Below are positions 45,463-54,121 of a stretch of 64,000 bases of DNA, in pieces; within the stretch, counting starts at the first letter, position 1; every line of letters starts with the position of its first letter. A program made the translations under genes and the position numbers. This stretch comes from Bdellovibrionales bacterium CG10_big_fil_rev_8_21_14_0_10_45_34 (GTDB taxonomy: Bacteria; Bdellovibrionota; Bdellovibrionia; Bdellovibrionales; 1-14-0-10-45-34). Location of the stretch: positions 124,232 through 188,231 of the forward strand of contig PEZS01000001.1 in the NCBI GenBank assembly GCA_002778785.1, given 5' to 3'. The notes under the pieces are model-generated. The model ran no database searches, was not told where the DNA came from, and saw nothing but the letters and a program-made list of their open reading frames with translations.

Positions 45463-45582
45463 GTCTATAGAGTTTAGTGAGCGATAATTGTATTTTGCAA
45501 GGTCGGTTTTTAATTGGGATACTCAAATGTCAGGGTAAATAGATTTGGGGGTTGTAGTGATTAAGCAGTTTAGGGTGGTAAC

Positions 45583-46533
45583 ATGAGTTCAACATTTAGC
45601 GATCGAATTCTTGGTGAAGTTTCAAAAGTGGTGATCGGCCAAAAAGAAATGCTTGAAGGCATTCTTATCGGCCTACTAACAGGCGGGCACGTTCTCTTAG
45701 AAGGCGTTCCGGGTTTAGCAAAGACACTCACGATCTCGAGTATCTCAAAAGCGATTTCACTTGGGTTTCAAAGAATTCAATTTACTCCGGACCTACTTCC
45801 GTCTGATTTGATAGGTACGATGATCTTTAACCAAAAGACTGGCGACTTTACGGCCAGAAAAGGACCAATCTTTACCAATATTGTCCTTGCTGATGAGATC
45901 AATCGAGCTCCTGCAAAAGTGCAAAGTGCGCTTCTTGAGGCGATGGCAGAGAGACAAGTAACTATTGGCGAGACAACCTATATTTTAGAAACACCGTTTC
46001 TCGTTCTTGCAACTCAAAATCCTTTAGAGCAAGAAGGAACATATCCGCTACCAGAAGCCCAAATGGATCGCTTTATGTTTAAGCTCTTAGTAACTTATCC
46101 TTCAAAAAGTGAAGAGATGAAAATTTTAGAGAACATGAGCAGAGAGCAAGCTCCTTCCATCTCGACTGTCGTCTCTAAAGAGGAGTTGCTTGAAGCAAGA
46201 TCTGCGGTGAATCGCGTTTATATCGACGAAAAGGTTAAGCGATATATTGTTGAGCTTGTGATGGCTACGCGAAGCCCTTCGGAGCACGGCCTAGGTAGAC
46301 TCACTCATCTTATTAGTCTTGGTGGCTCTCCGCGAGCTACAATCAATCTGACTCGTGCAGCACTGGCCCATGCCTTTTTACGAGGTAAGGATTTTACAAC
46401 AATCGATAACGTAAAAGCGATTGCGAAAGATGTTCTTCGGCACCGAATTATTTTAACCTATGAAGCTGAGGCAGAAGGTGTGACAGTCGATGAAGTGATT
46501 TCAGAAATCTTAGGTGAGATCGAGATTGCGTGA
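45583..46533 (+). CDS. moxR: MoxR-family AAA+ ATPase
   Basis: VLLEGVPGLAKT (Walker A), NIVLADEINRA (Walker B), and LATQNPLEQEGTYPLPEAQMDRF. Confidence 0.9.
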   Translation: MSSTFSDRILGEVSKVVIGQKEMLEGILIGLLTGGHVLLEGVPGLAKTLTISSISKAISLGFQRIQFTPDLLPSDLIGTMIFNQKTGDFTARKGPIFTNIVLADEINRAPAKVQSALLEAMAERQVTIGETTYILETPFLVLATQNPLEQEGTYPLPEAQMDRFMFKLLVTYPSKSEEMKILENMSREQAPSISTVVSKEELLEARSAVNRVYIDEKVKRYIVELVMATRSPSEHGLGRLTHLISLGGSPRATINLTRAALAHAFLRGKDFTTIDNVKAIAKDVLRHRIILTYEAEAEGVTVDEVISEILGEIEIA

Positions 46534-47414
46534 AACAAGAAGTTTCTCAAGAAGTTCTTAAACAGATCAAGCTCATTGAGCTGAAAAGCCGAAAACTTGT
46601 GAACACCCTCTTTGGCGGGGAGTACAAGACGAGCTTTAAAGGTCAAGGCATGACCTTTTCTGAATTTCGCGAGTATGTTCCGGGCGACGATGTTCGCCAC
46701 ATCTCATGGACGTTGACCGCCCGCACGGGGCGGCCTCATATTAAAAAGTTTGATGAAGAGCGCGAGATGAACGTGCTAATTCTCGTTGATGTGAGTGGGT
46801 CAAGTTACTTTGGCAGTCGCTATTATCTCAAACTTGAGGCCATGGCGCAGATAGCAGCTCTTCTGGGGCTGGCAGCAACAAAAAATCGTGATGTTGTAGG
46901 GTTTGGTTTTTACTCTGAGATCATTGAAAAGTTCACTCCCTTCTCTAAATCGCGCACCCAAGTTCAAAGAATGATTCGAGACGTGCTCACACTTAAGGCC
47001 CAGTCTCGTAAAACAAACTTAAAAGCGGCTACCGACTTCGCAAGAAGCGTGTGCAAAAAAAGATCGACAATATTTTTAATCGGCGATCTCTTTGGGGTAG
47101 AGCACGAAACGTCACTGAGGCTATTGAGTCGAAAGCACGATGTAATAGGTGTCGCAGTCAACGATCCGTTAGAGCTGGAACCTCCGAGTCTTGGGCTCAT
47201 CCAGTGGGTAGATCCAGAGAGCGGAGAGTCGCAGTGGGTAGACACAGATAGCTTAGCGGTTCGTGACTTTGTGAAAAACACAATGGCCAATCTCGTCAGC
47301 GAAAGAAAAGAAGTTTTTAGAAAAGCACGGGCTGATTTGGTTGAAACTCATACAGGCGAGGGCGTGCTAGAGCCGATCGTTCGATTTTACTCTCAAAAAA
47401 GAAGGCGAAGATGA
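46530..47414 (+). CDS. DUF58 protein (MoxR partner, VWA-like)
   Basis: LFGGEYKTSFKGQGMTFSEFREYVPGDDVRHISWTLTARTGRPHIKKFDEEREMNVLILVDVSGS. Confidence 0.9.
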   Translation: MKQEVSQEVLKQIKLIELKSRKLVNTLFGGEYKTSFKGQGMTFSEFREYVPGDDVRHISWTLTARTGRPHIKKFDEEREMNVLILVDVSGSSYFGSRYYLKLEAMAQIAALLGLAATKNRDVVGFGFYSEIIEKFTPFSKSRTQVQRMIRDVLTLKAQSRKTNLKAATDFARSVCKKRSTIFLIGDLFGVEHETSLRLLSRKHDVIGVAVNDPLELEPPSLGLIQWVDPESGESQWVDTDSLAVRDFVKNTMANLVSERKEVFRKARADLVETHTGEGVLEPIVRFYSQKRRRR

Positions 47415-48307
47415 TCGGCGCCTGTAAGCCAACTTGGCAGCTTCCAGATCGAGATACCCAGCCGCAGCTTTTTGGCGATTCTGCCGGACCATTTACGGTA
47501 GGTGATCGCGCTATTTTTCGGTGCAGTTGCCAAGAAGTTCAGGCTACTTCGGATGAGTTGGTCGGGTTAAGCCGAAAAGACGGCAAACCCATAAAAGTTT
47601 CAGAGAATATCGCGCTTTTGGCACCTATTCGAGTAGCAGATTCAGTCTGCGAGATTCAAGTGACATCTTATGTTCCGACAGATCATCAATTGTCAGATTA
47701 CCAGTTAGTAGTCGGGGAGCAGAAGATTGATTTTGAACCTTTTCGTATAGAGTTCGTCTCAGTTCTTGACCCCAACCAGCCATCGCCAACACCTTATCCG
47801 CCTTACGGTGGCATTTCTTTGGATTGGCCCCTTATAGTTTGGTGGCTCATTGGCGGCTTAACGTTTTTGATGGCGACTCTTTTGGGTTTTTGGCTACGTC
47901 GCCTGAGAAAGAAAAAGAGAACTCGTCTTCGAAAAGAAAAACTACTCACATCTAGAAAGCCAAGAGATGAAATGGCGTTTCAGGTAAGAAACATTATAAG
48001 GCAAATAGATTTCTCTGAGAAGGTGCCCGATCTCAACACCAGAATAAGCGCTGAGGTCATTCACTTTTTTATTCGCGAGTTTGAGATTCCTATTGATGAG
48101 CAGCTGACGTCGGCGTCATTGCGGCAGCTACGAAAAGCGTTAAAAAATGCCACAAATAGTGCTGATCTACTGAATGAAGCTAAGATCATAATTAAAGAAG
48201 TGAGAAATCTCAAACGTAGCCAAAATGTGGCACAAGAAGCTGCCAGGGATTTTTTGAAGCGGGCGATGCGTTTTGCTGAAAACATAGTGGAAGCAAAGAA
48301 AAAATGA
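47411..48307 (+). CDS. Single-pass membrane protein, DUF4381-like C-terminal part with extra N-terminal domain
   Basis: TM segment WPLIVWWLIGGLTFLMATLLGFWL followed by RRLRKKKR. The tail ISAEVIHFFIREFEIPIDEQLTSASLRQL occupies the slot that DUF4381 fills in Bat operons. Confidence 0.5.
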   Translation: MIGACKPTWQLPDRDTQPQLFGDSAGPFTVGDRAIFRCSCQEVQATSDELVGLSRKDGKPIKVSENIALLAPIRVADSVCEIQVTSYVPTDHQLSDYQLVVGEQKIDFEPFRIEFVSVLDPNQPSPTPYPPYGGISLDWPLIVWWLIGGLTFLMATLLGFWLRRLRKKKRTRLRKEKLLTSRKPRDEMAFQVRNIIRQIDFSEKVPDLNTRISAEVIHFFIREFEIPIDEQLTSASLRQLRKALKNATNSADLLNEAKIIIKEVRNLKRSQNVAQEAARDFLKRAMRFAENIVEAKKK

Positions 48308-49314
48308 CTTTTCGTAACCCAGAGTATTTTTGGCTTTTTATACCATTAGCAGTCGTGCTCGGGTTGCTTATGTATCGGCGCAAGCAAATTAAGACATCGG
48401 TAATGTGGCCAAATGCAGGGCTTTTTTTAAAAGGTCCGCGCGGATTCAAAGCAAGATTTTGGTGGTTAGCTCGTTTGATGTGGTTAGCAGGGGCAAGCTT
48501 TTTGATTGTTGGCCTTGCTAGGCCACAAGTTTCTTCTGTCACAACTAAGAAGAACGTTGAAGGCATTGATATTGTTTTTGCTCTTGATATCTCAGACAGC
48601 ATGTTGATCGAAGATATGAACCCTTACGAGAACCGATTGGAGGCCGCAAAGTCGACAATTCGCGATTTTATAGAAAAGCGTTTTTCAGATCGAATGGGAT
48701 TGGTGGTTTTCTCGGGAGAGGCATACACAAGAGTTCCCCCAACCTTGGATTACAAGGTGCTTAAGCAGTCGGTATTTGAAGTGCAAACTCAGAGGGCTTT
48801 AAAGTTAGGAACGGCCATTGGCGTGGCGCTCGCGAATGCCGTGGCTCGGCTAAGGGATTCAGAAGCAAAAACCAGAGTTATCGTATTGCTAACGGATGGC
48901 GAAAACAATTCCGGAACAATTTCTCCTGAGACAGCGCTTGAAATTGCTAAGGGCTATAGCATGAGGATCTACACAATTGGTGTAGGTCGTGATGGCGAGG
49001 CCAGATTGCCAGTTTATCACGAAAGAGGTGGGCAGAGGTTTAAGACTTATCAGCCTATGCATAGCAAAGTGAATGATGATCTACTTGGTCGAATGGCAGA
49101 AGAGACTGGCGGCAAATACTTTCGCGCGACCACAGCGGGTGGGCTTGAAGAAGTTTTTGATTCGATCAACTCTCTAGAGAAGACGAAGATTGAAAGCAAT
49201 CAGTTCACCCAGTATGAAGAGAAGTTTGCTGGTTGGATCATTCTGTCGCTCTTGCTCGGCTCGTTAGGCTTTGTGACGAGCGCGACTTGGCTTAGAGGTG
49301 TTGGTGATGTTTAG
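48304..49314 (+). CDS. batA: VWA-domain membrane protein BatA
   Basis: Two N-terminal TM segments, MIDAS GIDIVFALDISDSM, VIVLLTDGENN, and a C-terminal TM segment. Confidence 0.8.
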   Translation: MTFRNPEYFWLFIPLAVVLGLLMYRRKQIKTSVMWPNAGLFLKGPRGFKARFWWLARLMWLAGASFLIVGLARPQVSSVTTKKNVEGIDIVFALDISDSMLIEDMNPYENRLEAAKSTIRDFIEKRFSDRMGLVVFSGEAYTRVPPTLDYKVLKQSVFEVQTQRALKLGTAIGVALANAVARLRDSEAKTRVIVLLTDGENNSGTISPETALEIAKGYSMRIYTIGVGRDGEARLPVYHERGGQRFKTYQPMHSKVNDDLLGRMAEETGGKYFRATTAGGLEEVFDSINSLEKTKIESNQFTQYEEKFAGWIILSLLLGSLGFVTSATWLRGVGDV

Positions 49315-51148
49315 ATGGCTTGATCCGTCTTGGCTATATGGCGTTTGGGCATGTTTAGGGTTGTTCGTTCTATATATCATTTGGTCAAGACGACAAAAAA
49401 ATCAGTGGCTAAAACATTTTTCTCAGCAAAATTTACGTTATGTCAGGAAGGGCTCCGACAAGGCTGCTCATTTGAGTCGTGTTGTGCTTTTACTTATTTC
49501 ACTTGCGCTGCTGTTTGTTGCTTTGGCCAGGCCCCAGCTAGGTCAGGGAGTTGAATCCGTCAAAGTACAAGGGGTTGAGCTTATTATTGGTATTGATCTT
49601 TCTAAGAGTATGTTAGCCGAAGATCTCAAACCCAGCCGATTGGCTCTTGCAAAAAAACAAATCAATCGACTGCTCGATAACCTCGGCGGCGACAGAGTTG
49701 GCTTGATTGGTTTTGCTGGCTCGGCTGTTTTGCTCTCACCGTTAACGAATGATTTTTCGGCCATTCGAATGTTTTTAGACTCAGCAGATGAGCAAACAGT
49801 TAGCACCCAAGGCACTAATTTTTTAGCAGTCTTAGAGCTTGCCAAGAAGTCCTTCGAAGATGGTGGAATGGAAGTAACAGAAACGCAAAGGGTCACAAGA
49901 GTTGTGTTGTTGATTACTGATGGCGAAGATCACCAGTCAGAGACAATGAAGAAACTAGAGGAACTCGGAGAATCAGGGATACGTGTGTTCACTGTGGGCG
50001 TCGGAACAGAAGAAGGAGCGCCCATACCAGATAGAGATGACAGAGGGTATCTTCGAGGATATCAAAAAGAAGCGCAGCAGGTCGTAGTATCAAAGGCAAA
50101 CTTCGAAAGCTTGCGAGCCCTCGCAGTTAAGGGTGGCGGATCGTTTTTTGTGGCGACTTTCAATGGCACAGAAATTAATCAACTGAGACAAGATCTTCAG
50201 GCTTTAGAGCGAGCCGAGTTTGAGACGGAGATTGTGGCGAATTACCAAGAATTGTTTCAGTATCCTTTGATTTTGTCGTTTGTGTGTCTGTCGATCTTCT
50301 TTTTGACGATTGTAAACTGGCGGCAATTCACTCGAGCCGGTGCGGCTATGGTCTTTTTGGCGATCTTTGGTTTCAGTTTGTCAAGCGAGCGAGCAATGGC
50401 GCAGACTTCAGAAAGTTTGAATCCTTTTGAAGTTTACAAAAACAACCAAGCATTAAAATATTCCGAGGAGGACGAAGCCGAGAAGCTACGCTCTTTAGAG
50501 GCGCTGGAATCTCTTGCCATAGCCAATTCCAATGATGCGAAACTTCAGTTCAATTACGCTGTCTTGTTGTGGGTATTAAAAAGGCCGGAGGCAGCGTTAA
50601 AGGTGTTAGAAAGAATCTCGCAGCTGGATGCGTCGCCAGAACTTCGATTTATTCAGTATTTCAATGCAGCGGCTATTGCGACGGAGCTAAAAAAGATCGA
50701 GTTGGCGCTCGCATATTATCAGAAGGCCCTAGATTTGAACCCCAACTCCCAAGAGGTTAAACACAACATTGAGCTGCTACTTAAAAGTCAAAGTGGTAGC
50801 GGCGGAGATAGTGATCAGCAGAAGGATCAAAAGGATCAGGATCAGTCACAAAACGAACAGCAGCAGCAAGACAAAAAGCAAGGGGAGCAAGGGGAAGACG
50901 AGAAAGACAGCGATAAAGAAGAAGCCAAGGACAAGAAGGATCAGGGGCAGACTGGAGACCAGCCACCTACCCCAACCCCTTCCCCTAAGGATCAAGGTCA
51001 ACAAGAGCCAAAAGAATTTAAAAGCGAGGAATTGACGAAGAAGGATGTGCAAAACATTCTAGATGAGCTGAAGAGGCAAGAAGAAAAAATTAGGAATCAA
51101 CTCAATCAAAAGCCAGTAAAAGAACCACCTAACGGAAAAGACTGGTAG
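49298..51148 (+). CDS. batB: VWA plus TPR membrane protein (BatB-BatC fusion) with K/D/Q/E-rich tail
   Basis: VELIIGIDLSKSM, VVLLITDGEDH, and mid-protein TM segments. TPR-like repeats follow (ALKVLERISQLD..., ALAYYQKALDLNPNSQE). The last ~110 aa are low complexity (DQQKDQKDQDQSQNEQQQQDKK...PPTPTPSP). Confidence 0.75.
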   Translation: MLVMFRWLDPSWLYGVWACLGLFVLYIIWSRRQKNQWLKHFSQQNLRYVRKGSDKAAHLSRVVLLLISLALLFVALARPQLGQGVESVKVQGVELIIGIDLSKSMLAEDLKPSRLALAKKQINRLLDNLGGDRVGLIGFAGSAVLLSPLTNDFSAIRMFLDSADEQTVSTQGTNFLAVLELAKKSFEDGGMEVTETQRVTRVVLLITDGEDHQSETMKKLEELGESGIRVFTVGVGTEEGAPIPDRDDRGYLRGYQKEAQQVVVSKANFESLRALAVKGGGSFFVATFNGTEINQLRQDLQALERAEFETEIVANYQELFQYPLILSFVCLSIFFLTIVNWRQFTRAGAAMVFLAIFGFSLSSERAMAQTSESLNPFEVYKNNQALKYSEEDEAEKLRSLEALESLAIANSNDAKLQFNYAVLLWVLKRPEAALKVLERISQLDASPELRFIQYFNAAAIATELKKIELALAYYQKALDLNPNSQEVKHNIELLLKSQSGSGGDSDQQKDQKDQDQSQNEQQQQDKKQGEQGEDEKDSDKEEAKDKKDQGQTGDQPPTPTPSPKDQGQQEPKEFKSEELTKKDVQNILDELKRQEEKIRNQLNQKPVKEPPNGKDW

Positions 51149-51158
51149 TGTAGTAAAT

Positions 51159-53186
51159 ATGAATGGTGTCGTGAAAAGGAGTAAGGCAGTCACTGTGGAT
51201 TTAAAAAAAGCCGCATTAGAAAGTTTTACTAAGCTAACTTGGCTCAAACTGATGTCAGTCGCTGCACTATTCTTTTTTGTCACTACGAGCGGCTGGGCGC
51301 AAGCAAAGGTCACTGTAGAGAGTCATGTGGAGCCGTCAGAAGGTATAGCGGTTGGCGATTTCGTAAGATACACAGTTGAAGTTAATGTAGAGGGTGGCTC
51401 CGTAAATATACAGAGCGTCGACATTGGTGAAACTAGTGGCTTTTTAAAGAGATCTCAAAGTACCAGCGTCCAAAGCCGTCACGAACTGATAAATGGACAG
51501 ATACAGACTTCGGTCTTACGATCTTACACATTTATCTTAGTCGCAGATAAAGACGGAACATTCACGCTCCCCCCCGCAAAAGTGACGACAGAAGAGGGAG
51601 TTTTAGAAACCAACCCCGTAAAACTCTTAGTGGCCAAATCGAGTGGCCGCTCAGGCGGAGGCAGCCAAGCTCCCCAGCAGGCACGCCCAAATAGGCAGAA
51701 TCCTTTTGGCAGCGACCCCTTCACAAATGATCCCTTCTTTGAAGATCTTGATGACCTCTACAGCAAGATGCTCAGAAGAAGAGGTGTTGCTCCGCCTGCA
51801 GCGCCCCCAAAGAACTTTAATCCAAATGAAGCTTTCTTTATTAAATTAGAAGTCGACAAAGAATCGGCGTACGCGGGCGAGCAATTAACAGCGTCTTGGT
51901 ATCTTTATACCAAATCGAACATCGTAAATATTGATACACTAAAATATCCTGATCTAAAGGGCTTCTGGAAAGAAGACATCGAAGTCGCTACAAAATTGAA
52001 CTTCGAATCTGTGATTGTTGGCGGCTTACAGTACCAGAGGGCTTTGCTTGTTTCTTACGCACTCTTTCCGCTGAAACCAGGGGTTGCAGTCATTGATCCG
52101 TATCGGGCCAAGTGCACGGTCTCTTCTGGTGGCGTGTTTACTTTTGGTCAACTTCTTGAGCTGACTAAAACAAGTGAGATAAAGAAAATTCAAGTGAAAG
52201 ATTTGCCAAGCCCAGTACCAGTGGATTTCACCGGAGCGGTTGGGGAGTTTTCTGTTTCATCTGAAATAACTGCTCAGACTTTGCGTGTGGGCGAGCCATT
52301 TCCGCTGAAAGTTAAGGTAGAGGGTAAGGGCAATGCAAAGCAAGTGAGTCTTCCTGCGCTTAACCTTCCTCAGACTGTAGAAAAGTATGATCAAACGGAA
52401 GACTCAAAGTTTTACAAGGATGGCAGAAGCTATAAAGAGGTTGAAGTCTTGCTCATACCCCGAGTTGAGGGGGAGCTGAAGATACCGGCAATGTCGTTTA
52501 GTTTTTTTGATCCTAATAGGCAGCAGTACGAAACTAAAATGACTAATGAGTTTGTGGTTCAAATTGGTCCCGCGCAGGCTGGCTCTCAGTTTCCTTCGCA
52601 GCGTCTGGCAATCGACGGTAGCGATACACAAAGGCCAGCAGACTTTCTAGTGGCAGGAGGCTATTCGTCCTTGCCGGGCTGGCTTTCATTGATGAGAGAT
52701 CATTACTATTGGCTATCGCTATCGGTTGTAAGTCTTCTTTCAGTGCTAGCTATGTTTTTGAGGTTTAGCTCTTCGCGCCGCAAAGTGCCCCAGCTCCATA
52801 AACAAGTCGCTTCTCGGGTGAAAAAACTAGAGGCACTTTTGAAGCAAGAAGATTTAACGAAGTTAGGAGCTGAGGGTGTGAACTCTATTTATTGGCTACT
52901 TAGCCAGTTTAAAGATGAGGCCAGTGCGAGCAGTTTTGATGACCTTATCTCTCAGTTGCCACCATCAATGAAGACGCTAGCTCATACTGAGCTTCGGGCC
53001 ATTTTCGAAGAGTTTGAAGCTCTCACATTCAGAAGAGAGAATAATGGCGCTGAAAAAGGCACTGACAGGGCCAGTGATCGAGGAACTGAAAAGGCTGTTC
53101 ACAAAGGCATGCCTCAAGATTATAAAAAATCTCTGCGCGAACTCATCACGAAATACGAAAAAATCGCTCACGAATTATTGAGTTAA
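51159..53186 (+). CDS. batD: BatD-like 'oxygen tolerance' protein
   Basis: 675 aa with a signal peptide, repeated beta-rich modules, and one TM segment near residue 510 (YWLSLSVVSLLSVLAMFL). It is the last gene of the Bat cluster. Confidence 0.65.
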   Translation: MNGVVKRSKAVTVDLKKAALESFTKLTWLKLMSVAALFFFVTTSGWAQAKVTVESHVEPSEGIAVGDFVRYTVEVNVEGGSVNIQSVDIGETSGFLKRSQSTSVQSRHELINGQIQTSVLRSYTFILVADKDGTFTLPPAKVTTEEGVLETNPVKLLVAKSSGRSGGGSQAPQQARPNRQNPFGSDPFTNDPFFEDLDDLYSKMLRRRGVAPPAAPPKNFNPNEAFFIKLEVDKESAYAGEQLTASWYLYTKSNIVNIDTLKYPDLKGFWKEDIEVATKLNFESVIVGGLQYQRALLVSYALFPLKPGVAVIDPYRAKCTVSSGGVFTFGQLLELTKTSEIKKIQVKDLPSPVPVDFTGAVGEFSVSSEITAQTLRVGEPFPLKVKVEGKGNAKQVSLPALNLPQTVEKYDQTEDSKFYKDGRSYKEVEVLLIPRVEGELKIPAMSFSFFDPNRQQYETKMTNEFVVQIGPAQAGSQFPSQRLAIDGSDTQRPADFLVAGGYSSLPGWLSLMRDHYYWLSLSVVSLLSVLAMFLRFSSSRRKVPQLHKQVASRVKKLEALLKQEDLTKLGAEGVNSIYWLLSQFKDEASASSFDDLISQLPPSMKTLAHTELRAIFEEFEALTFRRENNGAEKGTDRASDRGTEKAVHKGMPQDYKKSLRELITKYEKIAHELLS

Positions 53187-54076
53187 GGCTCTGTCAATCC
53201 ACCCCTGTAAATCCAGGTGGTTTGCGGGCGAGCAAGAATTAAGTTTTTTGATTGTGCTTTTTTTGCGAGCGAACTCAAAAAGATCAAATATTGCGTATTG
53301 AGCGGCATTAATTCTAGCTTCGTCCTATTTTTGAAGAGTCTTTGAAACAAGTCTTTGAAAAGGCGGTCAAGTAAAGCCGCTCCCCAACTCTCCGGATACC
53401 GAGTTATTTGTTGATGACCTTGCATTCCAGCGAAGCTCTCGTGTTCAGCTGGGGGTTTTGTCGATGCGAACTGATTGTCGCCTTCCATGGGCTCATGCGC
53501 CTTTGAAAATTCCTCTCGGATTTCTTTTAACAACTGAAAAAGAGCTTCCGTCGAAAGAGAAACTAATGGCAACTGGGTATCGAAATCAAACAGTGTGCGC
53601 TCTTGTTCTGTTAATCCAAAAATCTTCGACTGGGTGTGTTTTAAGTCAGCCACTATGAAATCAATAGATTCTCTGTGCAAACTCAGGTGTTTAAGAACTT
53701 CTACGAAGGGCGTGCTCATCGCTGCATCTATGAAAAAGGTCCACCTTGAATCTAGTGACTGAAGAGCCGCATATTCTCTCTGAGAGGTTCCGGACTTTTG
53801 ATCAAGGGTGGCGGAACTCTGTGACGTTGGTTGAGGTTTGGCCATTTTCGGCGTACTTCCTTGAGAATGCCTGGGCTCGAAGAAGGAGATCAGAGACAAT
53901 GAATCGTAGGTAAAAATATCAAGAGATTGATTCTGCTTTGCATTGTATCTCCAATGTTTGGGTAGGTGGACCGAGTAATCGTTTGTCATCTGAAAGAAGC
54001 TCTGTAAGTCTCGTAAAAAGAGGTCCACCTCTTTTTCTGACGGCTGGCCGATAGCTACAAACGAAATGGTTTTCAT
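53183..54076 (-). CDS. Hypothetical protein
   Basis: 297-aa ORF with no recognisable motif. It converges on batD with a 4-nt overlap of the ends. Confidence 0.4.
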   Translation of the reverse strand: MKTISFVAIGQPSEKEVDLFLRDLQSFFQMTNDYSVHLPKHWRYNAKQNQSLDIFTYDSLSLISFFEPRHSQGSTPKMAKPQPTSQSSATLDQKSGTSQREYAALQSLDSRWTFFIDAAMSTPFVEVLKHLSLHRESIDFIVADLKHTQSKIFGLTEQERTLFDFDTQLPLVSLSTEALFQLLKEIREEFSKAHEPMEGDNQFASTKPPAEHESFAGMQGHQQITRYPESWGAALLDRLFKDLFQRLFKNRTKLELMPLNTQYLIFLSSLAKKAQSKNLILARPQTTWIYRGGLTEP

Positions 54077-54121
54077 TGTACCCTTCTAACTTGAAATTTT
54101 GAAAGAGAGTATCAGAAGTAG

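Noticed and set aside
50800-51148. Short repetitive DNA (GATCAAAAGGATCAGGATCAG and similar), considered as a tandem repeat or CRISPR-like array.
   Set aside because: It is in-frame coding low complexity (the DQKDQKDQDQ... tail of BatB/C). No repeat-spacer periodicity exists here or anywhere else in the window.
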